A program made the translations under genes and the position numbers. Of a stretch of DNA of 64,000 bases, positions 8,455 through 20,038 are shown piece by piece. The notes beneath the pieces were generated by a model, which was not told the DNA's origin, did no database searches, and saw nothing but the letters and a program-made list of their open reading frames with translations. Source of the DNA: Solirubrobacteraceae bacterium (GTDB lineage: Bacteria > Actinomycetota > Thermoleophilia > Solirubrobacterales > Solirubrobacteraceae); NCBI GenBank assembly GCA_035939315.1, contig DASZFZ010000050.1, forward strand, positions 3,370 to 67,369. The letters run 5' to 3'. Numbering within the stretch: the stretch's first letter is position 1; every line of letters begins with the position of its first letter.

Positions 8455-9591
8455 TCACCCCGCACCCAGCGCCCCATAAACCGCCTCGACCAGCGCCCGG
8501 TTGCGCGGGTCCTGCCACTGCGGGCCGCCGCGGTTCATGACGTAGGCGAAGGCCACCCGCGCGTCCGGGTCGGCGAAGGCGAGCGAGCCGCCCGCGCCGA
8601 AGTGGCCGAAGCCGCGCGCGCCCGGCCCGAGCGGGCGCTCCGGCTGGGTCAGCTGGAAGCCCAGGCCGAAGCGCGAGGGGCGCCCCAGCACGCGGTCGAT
8701 GCCGGCGGAGGCCTCGGCGGTCGCCTCGCGCAGGATCTCCGGCGCGAGCGGCCCCGCGTGCGGGTCGAGCAGCGCGTCGTACACGCGCGCGAGCGAGCGC
8801 GCGTCCGCGTGCAGGTTGGCCGACGGCAGCTCCGCGTCCTGCCAGGCGGCCGTGTTGACCGTCCCGAGCCCGGTCGCGCCCGGCGGGTTCAGGTAGGCCC
8901 GCTCGTACAGGTGGGGATCGACGTGGGCGCGTCCCTCGCGCTGCACCCGCCTGGGCAGGGCCGCGTCGAACACGTACTCGGCCCGCCGCGCGCGGCGGGG
9001 CGGCGGGAGCCCGAAGCTGACCTCCGCGCCCAGCGGCTCGGCGAGCTCGCGCGACATGAACGAGCCGATCGACTCGCCGGCGACCCGGCGCACGAGCTCG
9101 CCGGCGAGGAAGCCGAACGTGTGCACGTGGTAGCCGTGGTCGCTGCCGGGCTCCCACCAGGGCTGCTGTGCGGCCAGCGCGTCGCTCACCCGCGCCCAGT
9201 CGTACAGCGCGCCGTCGGGCAGCTGCGCCTCGATCGCCGCCAGCCCCGCGCGATGGCCGAGCAGCTGGCGCACCGTCACCTCCTCCTTGCCCGCCTGCGC
9301 GAACCGCGGCCAGCGCTCCGCGACCCTTTCCTCGAGTCCGAGCAGGCCGCGCGAGACGAGCATCAGCACGCACGTGCCGGCCAGCGCCTTGCCGACCGAG
9401 AAGCAGTTCACGAGCGTGTCCTCGCGCCAGCCGCGCGTGCGCGCCCCGTCGCTGTGCCCGCACCACAGGTCGACGACCGGACGGCCCTCGACGCGCACGG
9501 CCACGGCCGCCCCGAGCTCCCCGCGGCTTGCGAGGTTCTCCTCCAGCGCTTCGCGCACCGCCGCGAAGCGCGCGTCGCAGGTTCCCTGCAC
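8455..9591 (-). CDS. serine hydrolase, class C beta-lactamase / esterase family
   Basis: SxxK motif in NCFSVGKALAG. Family-typical length and GYHVHTFGFLAGELV region. Confidence 0.8.
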   Translation of the reverse strand: MQGTCDARFAAVREALEENLASRGELGAAVAVRVEGRPVVDLWCGHSDGARTRGWREDTLVNCFSVGKALAGTCVLMLVSRGLLGLEERVAERWPRFAQAGKEEVTVRQLLGHRAGLAAIEAQLPDGALYDWARVSDALAAQQPWWEPGSDHGYHVHTFGFLAGELVRRVAGESIGSFMSRELAEPLGAEVSFGLPPPRRARRAEYVFDAALPRRVQREGRAHVDPHLYERAYLNPPGATGLGTVNTAAWQDAELPSANLHADARSLARVYDALLDPHAGPLAPEILREATAEASAGIDRVLGRPSRFGLGFQLTQPERPLGPGARGFGHFGAGGSLAFADPDARVAFAYVMNRGGPQWQDPRNRALVEAVYGALGAG

Positions 9592-9813
9592 CCGGTCCCC
9601 GTGAGCCTCGATGCCTGGAACCTACACCGCGACCCCGGCCGGCGCCGAGCGAGATGTGGGCGCGCCGGCGGCCGGGGAGCGTCGCCGTGATCAATCATCA
9701 CAATACCAGTTGAAAATCTGCGCAATATGTCCTACGGTGGCGCTCGTCGGCCGGGAGCCCGGTCGGCCGCAGGATCAAGACCATCGACAGGCAAGCACGA
9801 AAGGACTCCCACG

Positions 9814-11061
9814 ATGCTCCACATCACCTCCTCATATGCGCCGCGCAGCGGCATGCAGCGAACGCTGCAGCTCGCGATCGGCGCGCTCTCGATCGTGATC
9901 GGCGCGGCCGCGCTCGCGCTCACGGGAGTCGCCGCGGCGCAGGCGGCTCCGACGGCGCCGCCGCCCGTCACGATCCTCACGTCCAGCCCGTCCGCCGGCC
10001 ACGGCGACTTCTTCATCTCGCCCTTCGGCGACCAGAGCGCGTACGCCAACGGCCCCGAGATCCTCAGCCCCGGCGGCAACGTCGTGTGGTTTCACCCGGT
10101 GCCCGCGGGCGAGGAGGCCTCGGACTTCCGCGAGCAGCTCTACGACGGCCAGCCGGTGCTGACCTGGTGGCAGGGCACCGGCCTCGGCGGCCTCTCGCAG
10201 GGCACCGACTACGTCTACAACGAGCGCTTCCAGCAGATCGCCGCGGTCAACGCCGGCAACGGGCTCAGCGCCGACGGCCACGAGTTCCTGATCACCCCGT
10301 GGAACACCGCCCTGATCCTCTCCTACACGACCGCCACCGCCAACCTCACCTCGATCGGCGGGCCCGCCGACCAGACGGTCATCGACGGCGTCGTGCAGGA
10401 GATCGACATCGCCACCGGCAGGGTCCTGTTCCAGTGGAACAGCGCCGACCACGTCCCCTACAGCCAGAGCGAGCAGCCGCTGCCGGCCTCGCCCAGCACG
10501 CCGTGGGACTGGTTCCACATCAACGCCGTCAAGCTCGACACCGACGGCAACCTGCTGATCGACGCGCGCGACACGTGGACGACCTACAAGGTCAACCGCT
10601 TCAACGGCGAGATCATCTGGCAGCTCGGCGGCAAGGACTCGAGCTTCACCGAGCAGGCCGCCCCCGGCCAGACGCTCGACAGCGCGGGCGAGATCTTCGC
10701 CTGGCAGCACGACCCGCAGCCGCTCGGCAACGACGTGTACACGTTCTTCGACAACGACTCCTCGGGCACGCCGCTGCTCCCCTTCAGCCGCGCCGTGACG
10801 GTCAGGCTGAACCCGCTCGACCACACCGCCACGCTGATCAAGTCCGACGACCAGCCCGAGGGGCTGTCGGCGCCCTCGCAGGGCAACGCCCAGACGACGC
10901 CCTCTGGCAACCTGGTGGTCGGCTGGGGCGCGCTGCCCTACTTCTCGGAGTTCGGCCCCTCCGGCCAGCTGCTGTTCAACGCCCAGCTCCCGGCGGGCGT
11001 GAACACGTACCGGGCCTACCAGGAGCCGTTCCCCGGCTTCCCGCCGCCGTTCTTCGAGTAG
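9814..11061 (+). CDS. exported arylsulfotransferase (ASST)-like beta-propeller protein
   Basis: ATG 9814 preceded by GAAAGGA. Signal/TM segment LAIGALSIVIGAAALALTGVAAAQA. HEFLITPWNTALILSY and WDWFHINAVKLDTDGNLLIDARDTW resemble ASST family motifs. An alternative start is at 9853. Confidence 0.65.
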   Translation: MLHITSSYAPRSGMQRTLQLAIGALSIVIGAAALALTGVAAAQAAPTAPPPVTILTSSPSAGHGDFFISPFGDQSAYANGPEILSPGGNVVWFHPVPAGEEASDFREQLYDGQPVLTWWQGTGLGGLSQGTDYVYNERFQQIAAVNAGNGLSADGHEFLITPWNTALILSYTTATANLTSIGGPADQTVIDGVVQEIDIATGRVLFQWNSADHVPYSQSEQPLPASPSTPWDWFHINAVKLDTDGNLLIDARDTWTTYKVNRFNGEIIWQLGGKDSSFTEQAAPGQTLDSAGEIFAWQHDPQPLGNDVYTFFDNDSSGTPLLPFSRAVTVRLNPLDHTATLIKSDDQPEGLSAPSQGNAQTTPSGNLVVGWGALPYFSEFGPSGQLLFNAQLPAGVNTYRAYQEPFPGFPPPFFE

Positions 11062-11090
11062 GCGGGCCGGTCGGCGGCATCTGAGCACAC

Positions 11091-11121
11091 GGGGCCCGGG
11101 CGCGATCCGCGTCCGGGCCCC
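11091..11121. terminator. bidirectional GC-rich stem-loop between convergent genes
   Basis: GGGGCCCGGGCGCG-ATC-CGCGTCCGGGCCCC, about a 14-bp stem. Lies between the stops at 11061 (+) and 11125 (-). Confidence 0.7.
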
Positions 11122-11124
11122 CGC

Positions 11125-12036
11125 TCAGGGCGCGCCCCCGCCGAAGCCCGGCAGCGTCGCCGGCGAACCCGGCTGTTCGACGGTCGTCGTCTGCTGGGCC
11201 CAGGTCACCGAGAACGCGCCGGCGGGCGAGCTGCTGGGCGACGGCGTCGCGAGCGTCAACGTGCGGGTGGGAGCCACGCGCACGCCCGCCCGGCCGCGAC
11301 GGCCGCCGAGCGTGCGCTGTTGCAGTTCGAGCGCGCCCGTCAGCCAGCCCGGGTCCTCGATCGGCCCGGTGCGATCGCCGACGCTCGCCGTGGCGCTCGA
11401 GAACGCGACCTGGCCGAAGTCGGCGAGCGGCAGGATCGCGCACGTGTCCTGGCCGACGCAGGCCGAGGGCGCCTCGACGATCCACTCGGCCGAGGAGGCG
11501 TCGATCACCGGCCGGCGTCTGGTCGTCTGGAAGCGCCGGCCGCTCGTGAGGTCGCGGATTCGCAGCGTGACGTCCTGGCCGGCGACCGAGACCGAGGCGA
11601 GCATCCGGTCGCCCGGGCGCACGCGCAGGCCGAGGTTGACCGGGCCCGCCGGGAGCAGCTCGAACCAGCCGCGGTAGGAGGCGGCGCCCGCCCGCGTGCA
11701 GTCGGCGTCGGTGCCGACCTGCTCGAGCGCGTGCGAGTGCTCGTTGTAGCCGCCGAGCCCGACCCACACGGCCGAGAACGCTTCGTGGCCGGCGCGACAG
11801 GTGGTGGCGGGCACGGTCCACGAGCCGGAGATGCCGTCGAAGTGCGAGCCGGCGGCGGCGGGGACGGCGACGTAGCCCGCCCAGTTGGTGCTGATGCTCG
11901 CCTGCGCCGAGGCGGCGGAGCTCGTGGGCGCGGCGGCCGCGAGGCCCGCGAGCGCCGCGGCCAGCCACGCGGCGGCCCTGGGCGCCCGGCCTCGATCGGC
12001 GCTCCGCCGTGCTGTTCGAGCGATGCCCATCCGCAC
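11125..12036 (-). CDS. secreted glutamic peptidase G1 (eqolisin, formerly A4) family protein
   Basis: Signal peptide, then SISTNWAGYVA, GISGSWTVP, AVWVGLGGY, LEQVGTD and SSAEWIVEAP motifs, which match the G1 family as I recall it. Confidence 0.6.
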   Translation of the reverse strand: MRMGIARTARRSADRGRAPRAAAWLAAALAGLAAAAPTSSAASAQASISTNWAGYVAVPAAAGSHFDGISGSWTVPATTCRAGHEAFSAVWVGLGGYNEHSHALEQVGTDADCTRAGAASYRGWFELLPAGPVNLGLRVRPGDRMLASVSVAGQDVTLRIRDLTSGRRFQTTRRRPVIDASSAEWIVEAPSACVGQDTCAILPLADFGQVAFSSATASVGDRTGPIEDPGWLTGALELQQRTLGGRRGRAGVRVAPTRTLTLATPSPSSSPAGAFSVTWAQQTTTVEQPGSPATLPGFGGGAP

Positions 12037-12096
12037 AGACGATCGCGCAGACGCCTTAAACCTTCCTGATGGCCGCGTAAGAGGATGCTCGGCGCG

Positions 12097-14313
<2,217 letters not shown>

Positions 14314-14317
<4 letters not shown>

Positions 14318-15693
14318 GCGGCGTAGCGCTCGCCGGCGTAGTTCATGAACTTCGGGTACTCCTTCTGGAAGGTCAGCGTGACTTTGCCGACGGCGCCGTT
14401 GCGGTGCTTGGCGATGATCAGGTCGGCCTCGCCCGGGCGTTCGGACTCCTCGTCGTAGTACTCCTCGCGGTAGATGAACATCACCAGGTCGGAGTCCTGC
14501 TCGAGGTTCCCCGACTCGCGCAGGTCCGACAGCTGCGGCTTCTTGTCGGGGCGCTGCTCGACCGCGCGGCTCAGCTGCGAGAGCGCGATCACCGGCACGC
14601 CGAGCTCGCGCGCGAGGATCTTCAGGCCGCGGCTGAGCTCGCCGACCGCGGTCACGCGGCTGTCGTAGCGGCTGTCCGTGCGCATCAGCTGGAGGTAGTC
14701 GATGATGATCAGCCCCAGGCCGCCCTCGCACTGGCTGTGCAGCCGCCGCGCCTTGGCGCGGATCTCGAGCATGCCCACGTCGCTGGAGTCGTCCACCCAC
14801 AGCGGCGCCTGCGAGAGGCGCTCGCTGGCCTTCAGGATCTTCGGCCAGCGCTGCTCGGCGACGCGGCCCTTGCGCAGCTCCTCGCCCTTGATGCGCGCCT
14901 GCGAGGCCACGAAGCGCTGCGCGAGCTCCGCCTCGGCCATCTCCAGCGAGAACAGCGCGACCGGCTTGCCGTGCTCGACGGCCGCGTTCTCGGCGATGTT
15001 GCAGACGAGCGCGCTCTTGCCCATCGCCGGGCGGGCCGCGATGATGATCAGGTTCCCCGCCTGGAAGCCGCCGGTGATCTCGTCCAGGTCCTTGAAGCCC
15101 GACGGCGTGCCGGTCAGCGCCGTGCCCTCGAGCGAGAGCCGGTGCAGCTTGTCGAGCTCCTCGTGCAGCACGTCTTCGATCGCGCGGAAGTCCTGCTGGC
15201 GGTCGTCGCGGGCGACCTCCAGCATCGCCTTCTCGGCCTGCTCGACGAGCTCGCGCGGAGGCGCGTCGTGGCCGAGCACGCTCTCCTGGATCTCGTAGGT
15301 GCTCCGCAGCAGCCTGCGCAGCAGCGCGTTCTCGCGCACGATCTGGGCGTAGCGGCGGGCGTGGCCGGCGGCCGGCACCACGCCCGTCAGCTCGTCGACG
15401 GTCGCCGCGCCGCCGATCTGCTCGAGCTTGCCGACCTGGCGCAGCCGGTCGATCACCGTCAGCACGTCGACCGGCTCGCTTTCGTTGTAGAGCGAGAGCA
15501 TGGCCTCGTAGACGATCCCGTGGCGCTCGCGGTAGAAGTCCTCCGGGCGCAGCCCCTCCTCGATCACGAGCGCGTACAGCGAGCGGTCCGACAGCAGGAT
15601 CGCGCCGAGCACCGACTGCTCGGCGTCGAGGTTGTGCGGCGGGGCGATGAGCCCGGCGGGCGGGGAGCCGTTGGCTGTCGAGACGGCGCTCAT
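14314..15693 (-). CDS. dnaB: replicative DNA helicase DnaB
   Basis: PPHNLDAEQSVLGAILL N-terminal signature, Walker A ARPAMGKSA, IIIDYLQLM. ATG 15693 is chosen over the upstream TTG 15747 by N-terminal length; the start is uncertain. Confidence 0.9.
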
Positions 15694-15777
15694 CGGTTGG
15701 GGCAGTGTAGGCGTCGCCGCGCGCGCGCCCGCCGGCGGTTTCCGCAAATCGCGGGGGGAAAAGATCGCGCGCGCATG

Positions 15778-15795
15778 TGCGAACGCATGTTCGCA
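15778..15795. other. small hairpin between rplI and dnaB
   Basis: TGCGAAC-GCAT-GTTCGCA (7-bp stem) in the 84-138 nt rplI-dnaB spacer. Function unknown. Confidence 0.3.
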
Positions 15796-15831
15796 GCCGG
15801 GCCGGGCGGAAGCGGGGGGAGCGCCGGAGCG

Positions 15832-16284
15832 CTAGTTCTTGGCGACGACCATGGTCTTGACCGTGGCGGTCACGCCATCGACCACCTCGACCACGACCAT
15901 GTAGGTGCCGACGTTCTTGATCGGCTCCGGCAGGTGCACGCCGCGTTTGTCGATCCGCAGGCCGCGCGCTTCACGGATCGCGCCGGCGATGTCCTGGGCG
16001 GTGACCGAGCCGAACAGGCGCCCGTCGGCGCCCGCCTGCTGCGGGATCGTGAGCACGGTGCGGTTGAGCAGGTTCACGTTCTCCTGCGCGCGCTCCACGG
16101 CCTCGCGCGCGGCGCGCTCGGCCGCCGCCTGGCGCTGGCGCACCGTTTCGATCGCGCCTTTGGTCGCCGGCTGGGCGAGCCTGTGCGGGATCAGGTAGTT
16201 GCGCAGGTAGCCCTTGGAGACCTCGACGACGGCGCCCTGCTCGCCGAGCGTGTCCACGTCCTTGAGGAGGATCGCCTCCGGCAT
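15832..16284 (-). CDS. rplI: 50S ribosomal protein L9
   Basis: ILLKDVDTLGEQGAVVEVSKGYLRNYLIP signature; 150 aa. Confidence 0.95.
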   Translation of the reverse strand: MPEAILLKDVDTLGEQGAVVEVSKGYLRNYLIPHRLAQPATKGAIETVRQRQAAAERAAREAVERAQENVNLLNRTVLTIPQQAGADGRLFGSVTAQDIAGAIREARGLRIDKRGVHLPEPIKNVGTYMVVVEVVDGVTATVKTMVVAKN

Positions 16285-16300
16285 CGTCGCCCCGATCCGC

Positions 16301-16627
16301 CTAGCGTTCGCGGTCGCCGCGGTCGCGGCCGCCGCGCGGGCTGTCCTCGCGGCCGCCCTCGTTGACGTAGGGCAGCAGGGCCAGCTCGCGCGCGCGCTTG
16401 ACGGCTCGCGCGATCTGCACCTGGTGGCGCCGGCAGGAGCCGGTTATCCGCCGCGAGCGGATCTTGCCCTTCTCGGAGATGAACTTGCGCAGCGAGCCGA
16501 CGTCCTTGTAGTCGACCTGCTCGACTTTGTCGCGGCAGTACTGGCAGGGCTTGCGCCGGCCGCTGCCGGGCCCGCCCTTCTTGTCGCGCCGGCGCACCGG
16601 CTTGCCGCGACCGCGTGCCTGGGCCAT
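16301..16627 (-). CDS. rpsR: 30S ribosomal protein S18 (with Arg/Gly-rich C-terminal tail)
   Basis: ATG at 16627. [36 protein letters not shown] is the S18 core. It is the last 108 codons of track ORF 16301..17119. Confidence 0.9.
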   Translation of the reverse strand: MAQARGRGKPVRRRDKKGGPGSGRRKPCQYCRDKVEQVDYKDVGSLRKFISEKGKIRSRRITGSCRRHQVQIARAVKRARELALLPYVNEGGREDSPRGGRDRGDRER

Positions 16628-16737
16628 CAGCGCGCCCCCGTTCGCTCGGGGCCGGTGGGCGTGGCTGCGGGACGGCCGCGGCCGCGCCTGAATGGGATGG
16701 AGTGCACTGGACTGGCTACCTCTTCGCTGTGGGCTGA

Positions 16738-17208
16738 CTAGAACGGGATGTCGTCGTCGCCGGCGCCGCCGGCGACCGGTGCGGGCTGGTAGTCCCCTTC
16801 GTCGACCGGGACGCCACTGCCCGTCGCGGCTCCGTTGCCGGAGAACCCGCCTGTCCCCGAGCCTTCCTCGCGCGAGCCCAGGAACTGCACCGAGTCGGCA
16901 ATGATATCGATCGCCTGGCGCTTTGTCCCGTCCTGGGCCTCCCACTCGCGCCACTCCAGGCGGCCGTCGATCGCGACGGGCCGTCCCTTGGACAGGTAGC
17001 GGGCGGCGTTCTCGCCCTGCGCGCCCCACACGGTGACGTTGAAGTAGTTGGGCTTGTCCTCCCATTCGCCGGTGCTGTTGTTCTTGCGCCGGGTGTTGCA
17101 CGCGACGCGCAGGCTGCACACCGAGTTGCCGCTGGGCAGCGATCGCAGCTCCGGGTCGGCGGTCAGGTTCCCGGTCAGCACTACCCGGTTGATGTTGGTG
17201 GCGGCCAC
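16738..17208 (-). CDS. ssb: single-stranded DNA-binding protein
   Basis: GTG start with AAGGAAG SD. OB-fold N-terminus [16 protein letters not shown]. Gly-rich linker and acidic DDDIPF tip. Confidence 0.95.
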   Translation of the reverse strand: MAATNINRVVLTGNLTADPELRSLPSGNSVCSLRVACNTRRKNNSTGEWEDKPNYFNVTVWGAQGENAARYLSKGRPVAIDGRLEWREWEAQDGTKRQAIDIIADSVQFLGSREEGSGTGGFSGNGAATGSGVPVDEGDYQPAPVAGGAGDDDIPF

Positions 17209-17324
17209 GGCACTCTTCCTTTCAGCTTGCCCCGCGTCGGGAGCCGGATCTGGACGGTCTTCGAGCCTTCGAGTCTAGAGCGGCCGGCGCGGGAGGATCG
17301 GGCGGACGCCGCGGCCGACCCCGC

Positions 17325-18023
17325 TCATTGCGAGGTTCCCTGCGCCCGCTCGCTGCGGCGGGCCCGCGGCGAGGTCCGGAACACCTCGTCCCAGTAGGGC
17401 GCCGAGATGCCGAAGCCGCGCGTGTCGTCCTGGAAGTGGTGGCGCATGTGGCGCTCGCGCAGCATCCTGCCGAGCGGGCCGCGCGGGCGGAAGTGGTGCA
17501 GGTAGTAGTGCGTCATGTCGTACACGAGGTAGCCCGCGAAGAACCCGGCACCGAGCGCCGGCGCGTCGTGCGCGCCGGCGGCCAGGTAGATCAGGCCGAA
17601 GACGGCCGCGCCGAGCGGCACGCTGACCGCCGGCGGCATCACCAGGCGCAGCGGGTCGTTCGGATGGTCGTGGTGGACGCCGTGGATGATCCAGTGCAGG
17701 CGCGCGCCGAGCCCGCCCTCCGGCTCGAAGTGGAACACGAGCCGGTGCAGCCAGTACTCGAACAGCGTCCACAGCGCGTAGCCGCCGAGCGCCAGCGCCA
17801 GCGCCGCCAGCACGCCGATGCTGGAGAGGCTCCAGGCCGAGAGCCCGACGATCGCGGGCGCGAAGATGAGCACCGGGATCGCCGGGTGCACGCGCGAGAG
17901 CGCGTCCAGCAGCTTCGAGTCGAACATCGGCGGCGAGGCGCGCAGCACGTCGGTGCGCACCCTCGCCTGCGGCGACGGCGCCCGCGAGCGGTCGGTCATG
18001 TCCTCGGCATCGGCCCAGCGCAT
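17325..18023 (-). CDS. fatty acid hydroxylase superfamily membrane protein (FA2H/Scs7-like di-iron His-box enzyme)
   Basis: His boxes HRLVFH, HGVHHDHPNDPLRLVMPP, HYYLHHF and HMRHHF, with several TM segments. Starts 12 nt after the rpsF stop. Confidence 0.7.
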   Translation of the reverse strand: MRWADAEDMTDRSRAPSPQARVRTDVLRASPPMFDSKLLDALSRVHPAIPVLIFAPAIVGLSAWSLSSIGVLAALALALGGYALWTLFEYWLHRLVFHFEPEGGLGARLHWIIHGVHHDHPNDPLRLVMPPAVSVPLGAAVFGLIYLAAGAHDAPALGAGFFAGYLVYDMTHYYLHHFRPRGPLGRMLRERHMRHHFQDDTRGFGISAPYWDEVFRTSPRARRSERAQGTSQ

Positions 18024-18035
18024 GGGCCGATGTTA

Positions 18036-18440
18036 TTACGCCGCGGCCGCGGCCGCGGCCGCGGGCTCGGCCTCGGCGCGCGGCTCGCTCTCCGCGCGGC
18101 GCGCGGCCGAGCCGGGCCGCATGTCGGGCGCCTCGGGCACGCCCGGCTTCAGCTTGATCAGGCGAAAGCGCAGCACGCCGTCGGTGATTCTCAGCGTGCG
18201 GTCGAGCTCGCTCAGCAGGGCCTTCTCGCCGACGTGGAACTGCAGCAGGTGGTACTCGCCGCTGGCCTTGCGCTCGATCGGGTAGGCGAGCGGGCGCTCG
18301 CCCCACTCGTCGTTGCGCAGCAGCTCGCCCTGGCCCTCGATGGCGGCGCGCGCGTCGGCGACGATCTTCGCGCGCGCGTCCTGCTCCAGCTGCGGGTCGA
18401 GCACCAGCACGAGATCGTATGTGGGGTTGGCCTTGGACAT
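18036..18440 (-). CDS. rpsF: 30S ribosomal protein S6 (poly-Ala C-terminal tail)
   Basis: ATG at 18440. YDLVLVLDPQL...GEYHLLQF S6 core. It is the last 134 codons of track ORF 18036..19724. Confidence 0.9.
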   Translation of the reverse strand: MSKANPTYDLVLVLDPQLEQDARAKIVADARAAIEGQGELLRNDEWGERPLAYPIERKASGEYHLLQFHVGEKALLSELDRTLRITDGVLRFRLIKLKPGVPEAPDMRPGSAARRAESEPRAEAEPAAAAAAAA

Positions 18441-18486
18441 CGGAGTGACCGCACAGAATAGCGAGTCGGGCGTTCTGGCCCCCGGC

Positions 18487-18553
18487 GGCGCATGCGCCAC
18501 CCGGTGGGGGCGCACATGTGCGCCCCCGGGAGACGGCCGCATGCGGCCGTCTC
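18487..18553. repeat. three adjacent perfect palindromes, each centred on CATG
   Basis: GGCGCATGCGCC (18487-18498), GGGGGCGCACATGTGCGCCCCC (18506-18527) and GAGACGGCCGCATGCGGCCGTCTC (18530-18553). They lie between the otsA stop (18566) and the rpsF start (18440). Confidence 0.8.
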
Positions 18554-18565
18554 GCCCACCGCCGC

Positions 18566-20038
18566 TCAGTGGCTCGCGCCCTTCGCCCGGATGTCCGCCA
18601 GCTGCTCGTCGATCCAGTCGCCCGGGTCGCGCGAGGTGACGATCTCGGACAGCCCGCGGGCGCGGCGGCGGCGCTCGCGGTCGTCCATCGTCAGCGCCGC
18701 GTAGATCGAGTTGGCCAGCTCCTGGATGTCGAAGGGGTTGACCGACAGGGCGTACTCGCCGAGCTCCTCGTGGGCGCCCGTGTTCTCCGAGAGGATCGAG
18801 ACGCCCTCGCGCTCGTTGACGATCGGGCCCTCCTTGGCGACCAGGTTCATGCCGTCGAACATCGCGTTGACGAGCAGCACGTCGTAGTGCTTGTAGGCGG
18901 CCACCGCCTCCTCGAGGTCGTCGCGCAGCTTCAGCTGGATCGGCATCCAGTCGGGCGTGCCGTGGCGGTGGTTGACGACCGCCACGAGCGCCTCGATGCG
19001 CTCCAGGTACTCGGCGTACTGCGGCACGTCGGTGCGGGAGGGCATCAGCTGCGCGATGAACGTGACGCGCTCGGTGAACTCCGGGTGCTCCTCCAGGAAC
19101 AGGTCGAAGGCGGAGAAGCCGCGCAGCACGTTCTTGGAGAGGTCGGCGCGGTCGACGCGCAGGATCAGGAAGTCGCGCCGGCGGCGCAGCAGCTGCTCCT
19201 CGAACTCGCGCACGCGCGTGCTCTGCGCGATCTGGCGCGTGGCGCGGTGGTCGATCGGCAGCGGGTAGGCGCGCACCCACACCTCCCGCTCCCCTCCCGG
19301 CGCCTGCACGACGCCGCGCTCGAAGTCGACCTCGAGCTCCATCAGGTCGCGACAGCACTGCAGGAAGTTGTGCCGGTAGGAGCGCGTGTGAAAGCCGATG
19401 ATGTCGTTGGCCAGCAGGCCCGTGTAGATCTCCTCGCGGATGCGCGTGGGCAGCACCCGCCACGCGTCCGGCTGGGTCCACGGGATGTGGACGAAGTGGT
19501 GCAGGAACACGTCCGGGCGGGCGCGGCGCACGAGATCCGGGAGCGTGTAGAGGTGGTAGTCGTGGACCATCACGACCGGCTCGGCCTCGCCCTCGATCTG
19601 CTCGACGACCGCGCGCGCGAGATCCTCGTTGACGACGTTGTAGCCGAACTCGAACGCCTCGATCTCCTCGCGGCGGATGTCGGGAGCGTTGGAGAGGTCC
19701 CACAGGTAGTGCTGGATGAACCACAGCATCGGGTTGGCGAACACGTTGTAGAAGCGGTCGTAGGCATCGGGGTCGCTGACCACCAGGCGCACCTGGTACT
19801 CGCCCCCGCCGGGGGCGCGCACGGGGAAGGCGCCGCCGTCGTGCTCGCGCGAGACGGCCACGTCGTGCTCGCTCATCGCCGAGGCGATCCAGATTGCGTC
19901 GCGGTGCGAGGCCAGGCCGGTGAGCGCCGTCACCAGCCCCCCGGAGCCGCGCTGGACCTCGCCGTTCGCGTGAAACGTGACGGGCCCACGGTTGCTGACC
20001 AGCACGAGCGGGGCCCGCTGTGCCGGCTCCTCGGTCAT
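18566..20038 (-). CDS. otsA: alpha,alpha-trehalose-phosphate synthase (GT20)
   Basis: ATG at 20038 overlaps the upstream stop (ATGA). LVLVSNRGP, GGLVTAL, WVHDYHL-like VMVHDYHLYTLP and LVNAMFDGMNLVAKE motifs. Confidence 0.85.
   Translation of the reverse strand: MTEEPAQRAPLVLVSNRGPVTFHANGEVQRGSGGLVTALTGLASHRDAIWIASAMSEHDVAVSREHDGGAFPVRAPGGGEYQVRLVVSDPDAYDRFYNVFANPMLWFIQHYLWDLSNAPDIRREEIEAFEFGYNVVNEDLARAVVEQIEGEAEPVVMVHDYHLYTLPDLVRRARPDVFLHHFVHIPWTQPDAWRVLPTRIREEIYTGLLANDIIGFHTRSYRHNFLQCCRDLMELEVDFERGVVQAPGGEREVWVRAYPLPIDHRATRQIAQSTRVREFEEQLLRRRRDFLILRVDRADLSKNVLRGFSAFDLFLEEHPEFTERVTFIAQLMPSRTDVPQYAEYLERIEALVAVVNHRHGTPDWMPIQLKLRDDLEEAVAAYKHYDVLLVNAMFDGMNLVAKEGPIVNEREGVSILSENTGAHEELGEYALSVNPFDIQELANSIYAALTMDDRERRRRARGLSEIVTSRDPGDWIDEQLADIRAKGASH

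Noticed and set aside
9690-9730. An AT-richer patch (GTGATCAATCATCACAATACCAGTTGAAAATCTGCGCAATATG) upstream of the ASST-like gene, with a 5-bp inverted repeat and TTGAAA/CAATAT hexamers.
   Set aside because: The hexamer spacing (7 nt) is wrong for a sigma-70 promoter and the inverted repeat is short. It is not reported as a feature.
17325-18023. I considered calling the His-box membrane protein a carotenoid hydroxylase (CrtZ) or sterol desaturase.
   Set aside because: Its length and the HGVHHDHPNDPLRLVMPP motif fit the fatty acid 2-hydroxylase branch better. Without an HMM search I keep only the superfamily-level call.
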